Positions 1 to 13,439 are shown, counted from the whole stretch's first letter. The stretch: DNA of 63,100 bases, filler included, from Phoronis australis (GCA_002633005.1; 6 parts of 6 records of this genome joined end to end with filler, not necessarily neighbours in it), one strand, 5' to 3'. Notes: generated by a model not told the origin, from the sequence alone. A program made the numbers and translations.

Positions 1-1413
1 TGCCACCATATTTGTACCGAATCTCACTCGTCCGCCCTAGATGGGGGCATGCAGTGGCGGATTTAGGGTTGCCCAAAGGGCCATAGCTCTCGTAAAATTC
101 TCCCAGATTCCATATGACAGTTTGGGGGTGGGAATTTCTGAAGGATAAAACCCTGGCTATTACTCTGCCCTGCCCCCCTCCCCCCAACTCAAAACCCTGA
201 AGCCATCAAGAGTTGAGTAACCGTGAACCAACACGGAGGGTAAGAATTGGCCTAGGACCAGTACACTGACCGGTAGCGGGAAGCTGCCTCAAATAGCTAT
301 AGCTGCAGAGATCTGCCAGTGTGAAAATACGAAATTTCCGATGAACTAAAGCTAGTTGCTGGTCAGCTCAGCTGTGATTCACTTGAGACAGGCAGCTCGT
401 ACCGGTCGCCTGCGCTCGCTCTAAGGTCAAGATTCGTCAGTTTTATTGTGATCCAGTTTCGGGAAAACTTTATTTTATTTTGGTCATTCTTTGAAGGAGT
501 TTTCTTAAAAAGGTGAGGTTCCGAAGCCCCTGGTATAGTGCCTTTGGAGCTGTTTCAAAATTCCTAGTTGAAACACGTCCGGTAGTCCAGTTTCTGGTGG
601 CTGGGTAAAAGGATAATTAGTGTGTTCCAAACTACACACTTCCTGAACGCCTGGAGTACAAATTCAGTTCCCGTGGATTACTGAGATTCTGCGCGCCGGG
701 CCTTCTGCAGGTAACATCTTATTTTTAACTTGGGTACGTCAGTCATGACGTGCACGAGAATCAGGACAAGCAATCAATTCACTTATGAAGAACAAAAAAT
801 CATTGCTCAAAACTACTGGAAACTAAAAACACCAAGGAAGTGCAAAGACAACCTTTCCAAGCAATGAGTTTAATTTTATTTATTTGAGGATTTTTGAAAC
901 GTTTTTTCTATCTACGGTTTGTGAATCCGAATTTCATCAATGTCTTTGAGAATTATTTTAGATAAGCAAAAATCGTCTATACATGTACTTTACTATTTGG
1001 GGATCGGATTATAGAGTTTTTCCAACTTCAGATTGTATTTACATTCACTGAAACATCATCAATTCTTACAAGGTTAGCTTCAAATTGTCAAAAATCATCT
1101 ACGAATCTATCGATTTTCGTATATACATAAACAAGTAAATCAAAAACCAACGAATTTGTTTATCAAAGCCGAATGTTATAAGCAATTTCCGCATGCATGC
1201 TTGCAGACTTTTGACATGTAACCGGGCGAATATGGAAGACGGGGCATTAGTATTAAGGTGTATTTTTGCTCATTTCAGAGGTACCTATAACGGTTCACGA
1301 GGTAAACTTGAACTGCACTGACAACAAAAAATTCTGAAATCTTTGTTTATGATTGCGAGAGTTCTTTGAGTACCCATTTCGACATGTAAACGGTCATCAC
1401 AAATAGTAGCTTA

Positions 1414-1610
1414 CAGAGGCGGATCTACAGGGGGGGTTCAGGGGGTTTAAACCCCCCCCCTCGGGACAGGATCAAAAATAAAAACTGGAAAAAATATCGC
1501 CAGAAAAACGAAATTAGCTACTAAAAATCCCTTCCTTCTCCTCGGCGCTACGCGCCTCGGATTCTTTCGAATCCTAAATCCCCCTTACTGAAATCGTAGA
1601 TCTGCCACTG
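1414..1610. mobile_element. MITE with CAG(A/T)GGC(G/A)GATCTAC TIRs and 5-bp TSD (hAT-like)
   Basis: TIRs cagaggcggatctac / gtagatctgccactg; GCTTA on both flanks (1409-1413, 1611-1615). Confidence 0.75.
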
Positions 1611-1662
1611 GCTTAGACAGCAATGTTTTCTACATGTGGGAATTCCTTACAAACAACTCATA

Positions 1663-2822
1663 CTAACCATCTTTAAAAGAGATAATATTCTTGTGATACT
1701 ACGGGAAACAGTAACATTATTCTATAACTAACCGTCGGAAATAGTCCTTTTGTGTAATTCACAAATCGTGGTCTTCACTTTTGTTCAAAATTCCACCCTT
1801 TAGATGGCTACAATCCTACTGTACTTTTTCACATTTTTGGTTGTTTGGGTCGAATGGCTGTAATGTACACGAATATTTTGTGTTTTTTGATGAATTTGGA
1901 ATCTCAACTTCCATCGTGAATACTTGGCAGTGTCGGATCTACATGTATAGTGGAGAAAGGGACATTTCCCCCGAACTGGTTCACCGAGAGAGGGTACCGT
2001 CTGAAATGGGACACCTTAAGATGAAAGGCTAAACATCTTTAAGCTCGGAAAAAAGGGTGACAATGCATTCCACCGTCGTGTGGTCCCAAAACGATGTAGG
2101 GAGTGACTTCCTTCAACATGAAAGCCGGTTGCACGATTTCACACAAACAGGAAAATAGAGGTAATCGATTCCAACATTCTCCGTGAGCGGCCCCCTTAAG
2201 AATTTGTCAATAAAAACACAAAAAGGGTGGCTACTTGAATGTCCTCAATAGCCTCCTTTAAGGGGGGGGGGCTAAATATAAAAATATCTATATTTTCAAA
2301 TATCAGGAAATGCGCAGCAATTGATGTTATCTGTCAGGTCATCAATTTTTCTCAAATAATATACAGTTTCGAGAGAAAATAAAGCGAAAGTTGTCTCCGT
2401 TATCCCTTGCCAGAGAAGAGCATCTGGAAAATTATAGTTCTGCATTCGCAAAATTGACTTATTGAATTTAAAATCCAGTAAATTAGTACGATCCACAAAA
2501 ACTTCGCTTTACAAATTTTCAAGATTTTTCAAAGTATATGTATGAGTGATTTCGTGCACGTTTTCAAGTGCTTGTAGACGACCTGTGCTGCAAAAGTGGA
2601 GACCCTAACGACAATGTCCTGGCCAGGGTCCTTAAAATGTGAACCATGCACTGATGCAAAGTTGTTAAGTGTTCTCTTGAGTTTTCTCTCTTATCCGTAT
2701 TTCGCAGTCTTTCTCGACTTTCCCCGGCCCCACGCTTATGGCGGTTGCTACGGTTTAACCCTGACGACTGAAAAATTTTGGGGTGGCCCGTGCCTCCCGG
2801 CCCCCCGCTTCCTACGACCATG
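1663..2822 (-). mobile_element. About 1.2-kb non-autonomous DNA transposon fragment (hAT-like), copy 1
   Basis: Collinear diverged inverted match to 34748-35914. Confidence 0.75.
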
Positions 2823-4690
2823 TATTAATAGAAAATCCTACGAGTCTCAGATTTATGACATGGGCAAAACCTCTTGGAAATTTCGTCAAAATCCCAAGGC
2901 TTGCCGAGTTTCTTGAGTTGGGGCTCGTCTCCGTTTGAATGATGGGTCCGTTTAAAAAGTTGTTTGCATGTCCTTACGACTGGAAGTACGTACAGTTGCG
3001 ATATCCGATTTGTCAATCATAAAACCTTGTCACCTTCATGGAATTCCGGCATTGTTTGGCACGCGTTTGATTGTTTCAGTGTTTTGCTGGCTATAAAATG
3101 TCAGGCGTATGGATTTCTACTTTGCACTATTTTGTGATTTGCCCACGTATTATAAAAAATTACGTGCTCGGTGCTATTAACCAGTCGTGTCCTAACACAT
3201 TCCAGGTCATGTGAAAAAGGAAAAAGGCAAATGCAAGCATCACATAACGTAACCTGAAGCCAACTTTTGTTATTTTCCGAAGGGTTTAAGCATTTTCAAA
3301 AAATGATTAATATAGCACCGAAAACGTGTCCAAATTTTTCCCGGGAGTGCTTACAAGTTTAAATTCTTAGAGAGACTTAAAATGTAGTGGTAAGTAATTT
3401 TGGTTTCTTCTCTTACGAACAGCGTTATATCAGACTTAGTACAGATAGTTAAATATATTGAAAGCAAATGCAAGTGAATGAAGGCTGTAAAACTGCACTG
3501 GACCGTAAAATGCCAGCGATAAACCAAAAATCCGATTTTTGACCTGAAAAGATTTGGAGAAGAACGCAGAAGTATGATATAAAGTTTTTAGAATTGTATT
3601 CTCCATCTTTTCCGATTCTTGAATGGCGCAGGGCTTGTGGCAACGCTTGCAAACCTTGACACATTTGAGAAGATACAATTCATGTGTTCTTCTTTGCTAG
3701 TATTCCACCTCTTGCCTATGAACAACTCACAGATAATTTAGTGATCGCTGAACACTTACGCTGTGTGATTTGTTTTGAATTGTAACCAGCGTTAATTTTT
3801 AGGAATATTTAACAAAAAATCATGCTCAACAACCAAACGAACTTTTTACTGTTTTAGGTCCTTATATGCTAATGTTTAACAAGACATAACGGCTCCAATA
3901 CTCCGGATCAATAAGCTTGTCACGCTGCCAGTCTCGCTGCCAGTCTTCCTCACCCCCACGGCTGTAATTCATGAAATGCTTCTTTTATAATGTTTAGCGT
4001 ATTACTCGAAGGATATTAAGTATGTCATAAGCTCTGGGCTGCGTTCCGTTGAGCAAGTTTCTTGCCTAAGAAGCGAAATCACACAAGACGTGGCGAGAAA
4101 ACGCCATGTGATGACACAAGCTTTGCTTGCAAGTGTCTTGTGTACACGGAACGCTCCCTTGTTTAGTAAGAAGTCGAACTGATGTTGGCAAAAAGGATGA
4201 TTTAAAGCGACAATTATTGCGATAAATATTTATATAATACGCACATGTATACAATGTATGACAATGATAATTTATGGAAAGGTGAGCATAAAAGCACCAC
4301 GAGAGCACAATGCATTCGTCGCTTGAAGTCAATGTCGACTAAGGATCTTCAGTAGATGTTCTAAGCTATTTTTAAGGTTCAAGAATTCCTTGGATGTTTT
4401 ACGGTTACGTGTTATTAAATTGTTTTATGTCTGTATCATGAATGTGCATTTCTTTCTCCATTTCATTATGCACACAAAGTACAATAAAGCAAAAAAAATG
4501 TGCCTCATCTCACTTTAACAATACAAAAAAAAATAAAAATACGTCTTGCTGCTATCCTGCAAAACTATCTACTTGTAACTTAAAATCTTGTTTTTGTCAC
4601 TTGCTACTGTGTATGGCATTAAAATATCCCTTGAAGCACTGTTTTAGGATAATTTTCAGAAAAAAAGCTCAACGTGACAAAAAGTTATTT

Positions 4691-5528
4691 TCATTCTCCT
4701 TTTTTGCAGTCGTTTGTCGATTTGGATTTTTCAAAATCTCCAAAGTTCCAGTCAACCGGCGTGTGCATTTGTACGGTCTTCTTGTAGGTCCAATAAGGAG
4801 TCATGACGAAAAATATTAATGTGAGTTGAGTATATAGGTTTACAAATATCGGAAGAGGCATTGAAGACCATATCCTATTCCAGTGGCGATAGGTTTGCAA
4901 CCACAAATATCCCTCGAGAATTGTTCGACAGTGAAACAAATGCACAAGAATAGCTTGGTTTACCTTCCACAGCAAAGTGTCTGCGCGGCCGCACTTTAAC
5001 ATTGTCCAACAGAGGGCACTGAACGGCGTGCTCATCTCGAGCAACAGAGCCACGGTGCAAAAATAATGGCTACTGCCGAAATGAAGAACTAATAAGCCTC
5101 CACCGAGAGCCAGCCAGTGATGAATGTTCAGCAGGATGTTTTGTTGCTTAAATATTAAATCTGTGATCAAGAGGGCCGTGCATTCCAGTGCAAAGAATCC
5201 AGTTGTCACGTCGACTGCGAAGTAACTTGTCGGTGTCTTCCCAAATACGACATCTTTGGCGAGCTCTGTGTCAACCCATATCGTCCACATGCCTACTGCA
5301 GAGGCAAACACTCCAAAAACGCCTCGAACTACAGCCAAATTCCAAAAGACTTTCTCTTTCAATTTCAGCTTATTGTAGGTCCATGTTCGAGAGGCGACGG
5401 CAGCTGACAAACAGTACAAAAGACAAAACAGTAGAAATGAGACCGCGACTACGCAAGCATTTGTTGCGATAGAGGTGTAGTCAAGCTGTGTCAGATAGGG
5501 ATGGATGAAGTCGGTCAGCTGAACTGAT
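4691..5528 (-). CDS. CLN8: CLN8-like TLC (TRAM-LAG1-CLN8) domain ER membrane protein, main/last coding exon
   Basis: Translation matches recalled vertebrate CLN8 motifs in order: LDYTS, KEKVFWNLA..R.VFGV, HHW, LLLEMSTPF, LWKVNQ..L.H.FHCR, PYWTYKKT.Q..PVDWNF. It ends in a KKXX ER-retrieval signal (KKGE). The track's start at 5569 is a GTG. A polypyrimidine tract plus CAG acceptor (ctgttttcttctgctttcag) lies just before 5528. Confidence 0.92.
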
Positions 5529-8204
5529 CTGAAAGCAGAAGAAAACAGTCGAATAATTGTTTCGAACACTTGGAATATAGCGGGACAATCCTTTTTGCCA
5601 ATGCCTATCTATATCTACGTCAACCGGCTATAAAAACAACTTTCAAACCGCTACATACGTGCATCCCCAAACGAGGAATTGAGAAGTAAAAAGGGATGTA
5701 AAAAGTTGGAATTGTTCCCCCCGACCAAGTACAGCAAAACCGCTTTGTATGCCAGAAAATGATTGATTCTGGTGTGCTTATTTTGAAACATGCGTCTCGA
5801 CGTTTACAGAAATAGGATACTGACAATTTTCAGATTGCACAACGGGTCGCTGGGAAAAAGAAGAGTCTCGACCCAAGTCGACTTTTAAGTACATTGGAAA
5901 CAGTTATGAGTGAATAATCACAATTATTTGTTTTTAAAGCAAAACTGCTCCATAAAGTGTTCGACACAGGTTCCGAAAACACGCCCCTCTTTTCCAAAAA
6001 TGATGCCCCGGCGTTTATTCGGTTTCATTTGACATTCTTGAATGGTCGTTTTCCGAATATCCGATCATGGCACCATTTTCGGAAATTCCCGGTGTGTGCC
6101 CAGGGACGGAAAGTTATTGAAGATAGAAGACATTTTCTATTCCAAGACACTGGTACCCAGTATGCGGTGATGAATATATATGTAAACAATAGATAAAAAT
6201 GGCAATCTCTGGAAAGGTGGGCAAGTTGCTTAAAGAACGATAAGCTAGCCTTCATGTTTAGGTCATATGCAAGAATGAATTGTCATGTTCGTTGTCAATA
6301 CAAACTTTTCTGTTGTGTGTATCGTTGTTTCTGCAATCATTCTCGACCTTGAGTGTAATGCAGTTCATTTGTGGAAGAAGATTGCAATCAAATGGCACTG
6401 CAGGACATTGACAGAACTGACACGACAGATGTTTATTGCTTGGGACCTGGCACTACCGTTGGCTTGTGATGGCGTGTCATTTGCGCCGAGTACGCTCTCG
6501 AGGAATAACGAATGTCTACATCCTTCCAAACCCATAAAATTTTTCGCATACGAGTAAAAAGAAGACGTTGAGACCAATTTTATAGACGGTCTAAAACAAA
6601 AGTTCGCTTTTTGAACGGAACGCGTTTCTACACCCAATTTAAATTACGTTTTCACATCAACTGTGATGCTGTGACTCATGAAACCTGTTTTTTTATAAAA
6701 TACGATGGAGACAGTTTTTCCATCTTAACGTGCGGGTTAACGATGTGTCTTATATGTTAATTTTGCGTGATGACGGAGACTGCTAAGAATTACCAGTTAT
6801 CCGTGTTGTCATGTTATTACTTCAATTCATTGTTTCGGTATTTTTGTTTTACGTCACTGTTTTACAACGGTTAGCGATCGCTTCCAGGTCATAATTTTCT
6901 GATTAGGACAATGAATGTTCCCGTTTAACTGAATTCCAATCAGATTACGTCACGGACTAAGGTCATCCCGTGATCTTGTCACGAGAATTTGTCAGAGGGC
7001 GATCTAAAGTGTAATACGTGCTCTGTAGGCTGTCACACTATATGATATCAGTCAGGACAAACAATGTAAAGCATATCGGTGAAGATGTAATGCGCTATCA
7101 TACCTAAATTCAATGTAGGTTGCCATCACTGACTAAAATAGGGAGTCATGTTCTGGTGTCGAAAACAGCAACTTTCTTCAGAAACGCATATGGACTTTCA
7201 AAGCAACGTCATCGCATTCCTATCCTTAGGTTAAATTGAAATTGGTTAAACTAAATTCGGCCTTGGGTCTGTTTCATTAAAAGACAGAAATGTGGTCTTG
7301 CGCCCCACATAACTATTGCTCAGAAATATAGTAAAATCCTACTTAGTATAGGTGCATTCTCTGAGAATATACACATGACTGCTAGTTTCTGAGAAAATAT
7401 CTATAAATTATTTCTAGACTGTGCAGCCCTCATAATAACTGGGCTAAACTTTTATTCACCAGTTGTGACATGAGAGCGCCGGTAAGAGCAAGTTCTTCTC
7501 ACAACCATACTACCATGGCCACTTGCAAGCAAATCAAGCCATCAAACCTAGAGACAGTTTCTAATTACCGTAAAGACGAAAAAGACGAGACCGATTTTAA
7601 CAGCACGTGCTCTCGACCGAAATTTCTTTTTAACAAAAAGCTTGGGCTTATCGGCCCTTTAAAAATCGTTTCAAATGTGCAGATGAATGCTATCGTCGAC
7701 GCTCATAGCGATCACAGGGCACCTTTTGCTGAAATGAGCATCGTAATTTGTTCTGATGGAGAAAATACCGCGTACTTTAATAAGGAATTTCGATCGCGCT
7801 TATCAGCTGTACACACCCAGATTCAGTCACACACTAGGAACATTATTACCTTGTTGAGTGACTACTAAATTTGGATTTCCACTTTTGCACAAGCTCTTCC
7901 ATGGCATCTGCCGAAGCAGAAAATGTGCCGGTGAAAGGCAGCATTGTATTTACTAATGTTTTGAGCTATAACTATGTTGTTTTTAATTCAGTCTCTTTCG
8001 GACAAAAACAAATGGTAATTACAAATGTTAGAAGGACGGATTACAAACACTCTTTAAAAAGAACACCGTCCTAGATATTTACTATACAAAACCCTGCATA
8101 GCGTATCGTGCAGGCTTTAGGCATACAGGACAAGGCAGCATGCATATTTTTGTCCCACCGTTTTGTTCTTTTATTTATAAACGAATAAAATGAGACCAAC
8201 AGAC

Positions 8205-8304
8205 NNNNNNNNNNNNNNNNNNNNNNNNNNNNNNNNNNNNNNNNNNNNTTAATTAATTAANNNNNNNNNNNNNNNNNNNNNNNNNNNNNNNNNNNNNNNN
8301 NNNN
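8205..8304. other. Artificial contig spacer N44-TTAATTAATTAA-N44 (also 11974-12073, 32430-32529, 58432-58531, 60736-60835)
   Basis: Identical 100-bp construction at five sites; the 12-mer places stop codons in all six frames. Confidence 0.97.
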
Positions 8305-8422
8305 CGTATACCTGTTGCCCAGATACTTTCTTGTTAAGTCGTTTTTCAGAACAGTAAATGTTATCTGTAGTATTTACCTATGCTATACCCGTGAAATAAA
8401 ATTTTAAAAAGGAAAAGATTAC

Positions 8423-8466
8423 CTTGTAAAAGAATCAAATCCAACACTTTGTTTTGCTGATACCAT
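8423..8466 (-). CDS. CLN8: Candidate first coding exon of the CLN8-like gene (MVSAKQSVGFDSFT-R)
   Basis: ATG at 8466, 14 codons plus AG, then donor AAG|GTAATC. The phase-2 end joins the phase-2 start at 5528 to give AGA (Arg) in frame. It lies across the artificial spacer at 8205-8304. Confidence 0.5.
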
Positions 8467-9515
8467 GCATTGTACTTGTCTACTGTCCCGTTCTTGGCGG
8501 ACTATCCCATTTTTTATTTTTTCCCGCTAGTCCGGCACACCATCGAAATGTCCTGCTTTTTGACACATGGCGAACTTGACATATCATCTTATATACGATT
8601 GTAATTTTCCGCGCAACATAGACCGACATTTCCCGTTCGACTAAAAAGAGAAAACGAGACGTTTCATTGGTTTTTCAAGCACTCGCAATTACCCAGTCTA
8701 CTTTAAAAAACTCTGTTGGACGTTTTGGGTATTACGCCTCTCGTTCGATGTAAAACGCTGTCGGGACATTTTTGTGGGTTGCGGCAAACATTTCAACACT
8801 GCGTTTTGGTATAGATCCAAATGTCCCTCTTTTTATGCGGAAGTCTTGCTTTTCAATTCAGATGTCTCGTTTTTTCATTCTCGAATTCTGACTACTATGC
8901 AACAGGTGCTCAAATAACATTACTCTTTATCATTGTTATTTTTCAGAGTCCACTTTCTTTAGTAACATAACAATCGTAAAATACGTTCCAATGTCTTTTG
9001 TTTGCAGCAAAGCACCCGGCCGCGGCATGTATCAGGATCATTAATTTTTACTTTCTGAAGAAATTGGTTTATTTATAAACTACTATGGTAAGTCCTACAC
9101 TGCAACCTATGTAATGATCTGTCCACAGTACATTTCAAATCTACACAATAGCTGTGTGCTCGTTTTTTATCTATCAGAAAGCCTTCATCTGCGAATTTCC
9201 GATAGGTATTTGAAGTAATTGGTTTGTAACATTTTGTGAAAATGTCGCTGCATCCGGAATTTTTTTTACTGAAGAACTGTATCTAACGGCACCAAAGATA
9301 CAATTATTATATAAAGGTGCATAATGAAGGGCTGATGAAAGGATTTCTAAATCTATGACTCTTGTGCAATTCGGTTGAAAAACGGCGGGGTGGCAAAAAG
9401 TTTTTTTGACAGTAAATTCCATAGCAAGAACCAACAAAGGAACAAACGAATGCAAACAAATGCCACGCATGCGCGGTGCAACCTCACCAGCGCGAAATTG
9501 AAGTTGGCATTCCAA

Positions 9516-9733
9516 GGGCCCGTTCCAAGAAAACAGACTTAACTGAGACAAATCTTAAATTTCCGTCTCAAGTCCCTTTCAAGAAGTAGATCTTGAGTTT
9601 GGCTCAAGGTTTTAACTTAAGTTTTGTCTTAATTTTGACAATCTTACTGGGTGTGGAAGTTTCAAAGTGGGGTTGAGGCAAATCTTAGAATTAAGTAAAA
9701 AATTAACTTAAGTCATTTTCTTGGAACGGGCCC
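9516..9733. mobile_element. PIF/Harbinger-like MITE
   Basis: TIR gggcccgttccaagaaaa / ttttcttggaacgggccc; flanks caa/cag (imperfect 3-bp CWG-type TSD); internal cttaa repeats. Confidence 0.7.
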
Positions 9734-11434
9734 CAGTGCTAGATTTCTATGCTCTGAGGAATAATTTGAGGGGATGCGTGAGATCGAAGATATCCCATTG
9801 GTCTTGCGTAGCACTTCCATTCTCGTCATTTCCCAAATTTGACTCTGGCTCCTGAACCCATCCTATGAATTGGATACCAAAAGTTCGTTCATCCCGGGCA
9901 AAAGGATCCAAGAGTGGACGAAAAGGTTCAAGGAATGCGCTGAGTAGGGCGTAATTGAGAACAAGTGGAGAAAGATGATCGTTTCGAATCTTTGGAGATG
10001 GAGAAGTATAATGGGTTGTATTATCGTCTGAAGGTAGAACATTACTCGATCGAGCTCGCATAACGGAACACGAGATGAACGTTTCGGACCGTTTGCTCTC
10101 TTGCCAGTATTGAAGTTTCATCCTTTGCCAGACGTTCATAGAAACAGTGAGTTATGCGTATTTTTCTCTGGCTTTCGCTTTAAAGACTGACAAGACCAAA
10201 CTCAAAACAGGATGAAAATCAGTCCTTGTGGGCCTCAGCTGCGTGTTGAAAAACTCTCATCAGCATCTCAAGAAGTACACGGTTGTCAAACATCGAACCC
10301 GAACCCCTTAAACACAAATCAAGCAAGATGCCTACGTACTACTTCATGCACATCTTTCGCTTTGAGCGTATTGTGATTCTTCTCTATCGAAACTGTGTCT
10401 TAATGGCCCGTTTGTGTTTTTTGAAGAGTCTCACTCATGTTGGCTTACCATTAGGCATAACGGTACGAAGCCGAGACGAGTTCAGAGACTTGGCTTTTTA
10501 CAGTCTCCAACTTTAAGCCAAAGCCACAGCTCAGTATGAGTGACGTAGCCTGTGTAAAAGAGAACCGTTTCGTAACTACAGCGTCTGTAACACTTGTAAC
10601 AGGGCTGGGGTACGTTTCATGAATGTGACTCAAGACTTGAAACGGAAGTTTGGTTTGACGCTCCCTCTTCAAAATTGTCGAAAAAAGATTCAGTCGACTA
10701 ATTAGGAGCAAATCAAGTTCTAGAAATAATTTACAGAAATTGCCTCACCAACTAAAAGGTAGGTGTATATTCTCAGAGACTTTACAGCTTTGCTGAAGTG
10801 AGTTATAATAATTTTCGATTTAACAATTTTTCAACAATAGTTGTGTGGAGCGTAAGGTCAAATTTCTGTCGTAAGTGTTACGAGTCGCTTTTCATGAGAC
10901 AGACTCCCTGGTGACAGTGAAAGATCTGTGTAGTCTGAGGGTAGACGTTTACGGTGGAAATTAAATCCTTACAAAAGTAATGGACACTAAAGTTACGACT
11001 GCGTCGCTAAATCCAGTGGCGACATTTAGCGTAATCGATCATCGACTGTGTCAAGTTAAACGACATTTCATAAGGCATCACAATATTCTAAGCTATATTC
11101 CAAACTACACGATGTTAACGTACAGTAATTACCAAAACTTACCGATTCAATATAAACCAGGCTGATATTCACCTAGTTAATTGACTGTTATGGCAACGTT
11201 AAAATAAAAACGAATCAATCAGAAAAGTAATTAAACAATGCGGTCAACTGCCCTAAAACAAGGCAGATATCACAATGGAAAAGGTCAAAACGAAAGGCAT
11301 ACATTAACCACTGTACAAACTAGTTGCAAATATTACAACAATCTAAAATTGCAGAAAACCATATTATAAAAAGCGCTTGTTCTAAGGTCAAATGCTGACG
11401 TCGCTTTTTATCGAGGATGAATTTCTGTCGTAAA

Positions 11435-11971
11435 TCAATTGTTATAAACCTCGACATCGTTGTTCCCGGTTGTATTTCGTAAATCATTTTGATTCCGTTT
11501 TCTACTGGGCTTATTCAGATAGATGACAATACAGTCAAGAAGTAACTCCAATACCTCAACTCCAGTTACAACAGAAATTCCTACCCAGAATCCAAACGCT
11601 CCTCCAACACTCGAGAGCAAGGCAAACCAGTCCATATTCAAAGTCTCAGTGTCTTTGCGCACATAAAAATCACCAAAGTATATGTTGATTCGAAGAAAAT
11701 TGTTTTCTATAAATCGAGAAATTTTGTCGTCTGAAGTATTTCTGACCAGCTGGTTATACAGTGCTGTATTGTCCTTGCTTGCGAGCCACCCAATGAATTC
11801 ACTCTGGTGCAGCTCAGACGGCCATTTTGACTGAAATTTTGTAGTCTCATAACTGACTTCGTTACAAGGCTTGGTACAGTTACGGCAATTGGGGTCGTTT
11901 TTAAGTAAGAAGCGGCTTGTTACATCATGGACGCACTCGTAATTTTCCGTTACCTTCGTCGCGTTACACGG
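11435..11971 (-). CDS. DEG/ENaC (amiloride-sensitive sodium channel) family subunit, C-terminal exon; 5' part lost in gap
   Basis: Open frame from the gap edge: PCNAT..ECVH..NCRNCTKPCNEVSYE..KWPS..NNFLRINIYFGD..LLSSVGGAFGFWVGISVVTGVEVLELLLDC. This covers the thumb cysteines, CxxPC, WP, the NxxxxxIYF strand and TM2 with the GxS filter. Confidence 0.9.
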   Translation of the reverse strand, partial: PCNATKVTENYECVHDVTSRFLLKNDPNCRNCTKPCNEVSYETTKFQSKWPSELHQSEFIGWLASKDNTALYNQLVRNTSDDKISRFIENNFLRINIYFGDFYVRKDTETLNMDWFALLSSVGGAFGFWVGISVVTGVEVLELLLDCIVIYLNKPSRKRNQNDLRNTTGNNDVEVYNN

Positions 11972-13263
11972 GTNNNNNNNNNNNNNNNNNNNNNNNNNNN
12001 NNNNNNNNNNNNNNNNNTTAATTAATTAANNNNNNNNNNNNNNNNNNNNNNNNNNNNNNNNNNNNNNNNNNNNTGTCACAAACGGTGAACCGAATTTTTG
12101 CCGACAATTCGTCAGACATCGGCAATACAAATGAATACAATTCGCTCTAACATGAGAATAGATGATTTTCATCTGGAAGAATGAGTTTGTGACAATCCTG
12201 AAAATTATGGGAATTCCATAGTTGCAAGCGTTTGATAATTCAGTTGATATCTTTTTAGAAATATTGGTTGTCATCAACAGGCCTGACACTCCCGTCCAAG
12301 TAGGCCTAGATGGAAAACGCAAGTGAATTGTTTTGTTTACCCTACCTAATTTGCATTCAAGGGGGACTCGCGTATTGTGCAGTTTTTACAAGAGTTCTGG
12401 TAGTGCAGAAGTGCAATATGTTGTACCAGCTTCAGAACATCGAATTCAGACTGTAAGAATGTGCAAGATATTACACGTACAGACTGAGAGAAAACGTAAA
12501 CTCTGCTATCAAGACATAAAAATGTGACTGACTTAACAAAGACACTTCACTTGGACTGTCTACGTCATAGGAAAAGTTTACTTCTGTGTTAGACTTTTTG
12601 TACTTAGTTGACATTGACATCATTATTGAGTAGCCTGAAACATTTCCTCATACTGTATCAAACACTCTGTAGACTTCCATTTCAAAGTCATTGACTAAGC
12701 AAATGGGTTATGACATATGTGATATGTTTGTAAATAAGTCCCAACTTTTAAAAATAAAAAGTTGAATACACACAGTTATTTGTTTGCACTACTGTGCATT
12801 ACTATTAAAATGAGTGAGTAAAAATAAGGTGCACAAAAAACTGCACACTAGCTTATGGAGAACATTGACCGCCGCGCGGTTCCGGCACGTTGCAGTTTTT
12901 ACGCGTGCGACCTGTTTAGATTTTCAGATGTGGAGAACACTGAACCTACTTTAGCAGACAATATTTTAGCGTGATAAAATGTGTAGTAAGCTATAATAGT
13001 TACTAAACATTAATTTATAGATTCACTTCATTTCTATTTTGTTTAAATTTGCAATTGGTTTTGAGTAAAAGCATTATTTGACAAAAACAGCTCGGCTTTT
13101 CTTAAAAGGTCACGACCTCCGACCCCGGGCCTCTGACATTGAAAGTATTTACAAAGCCGAGGCGAGTCGAGAAAGGTAGAAAAATCATTGCAAAGTTTCT
13201 CATTCAGTATGTGGTATAAATAGATTATTACACGTTCTCAGTCGTTATCACCCTTATCTACTC

Positions 13264-13350
13264 TAGAGCCCTCGTGAATTTTGGAGAATTATCACCCGAG
13301 GGGCATGAGTACCGAGGGCGATAATTCTCCAAAATCCACTCGGGCTCTAG
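13264..13350. repeat. Imperfect ~85-bp inverted repeat (hairpin-type non-autonomous element)
   Basis: tagagccc..gtgaattttggagaattatcaccc pairs with gggcgataattctccaaaatccac..gggctcta. Confidence 0.6.
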
Positions 13351-13439
13351 GGGACATTACAGTTGTTGGACCCATCATAATTTAAGCTGAATGAGAACGC
13401 ATTAATGAGTAAAATGTCATAATAATCATTTACAGGATT

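Noticed and set aside
5529-5569. GTG non-AUG start for CLN8 as given by the ORF track
   Set aside because: The segment is a polypyrimidine tract and acceptor, and a phase-compatible ATG exon exists upstream.
7470-8074. Two adjacent ORFs (132 and 67 aa) antisense within the putative CLN8 intron
   Set aside because: No recognisable motifs or splice structure; coding status cannot be supported.
8249-8260. Recurrent TTAATTAATTAA palindrome as a biological site
   Set aside because: Always centred in an exact N44...N44 100-bp spacer, so it is an assembly linker.
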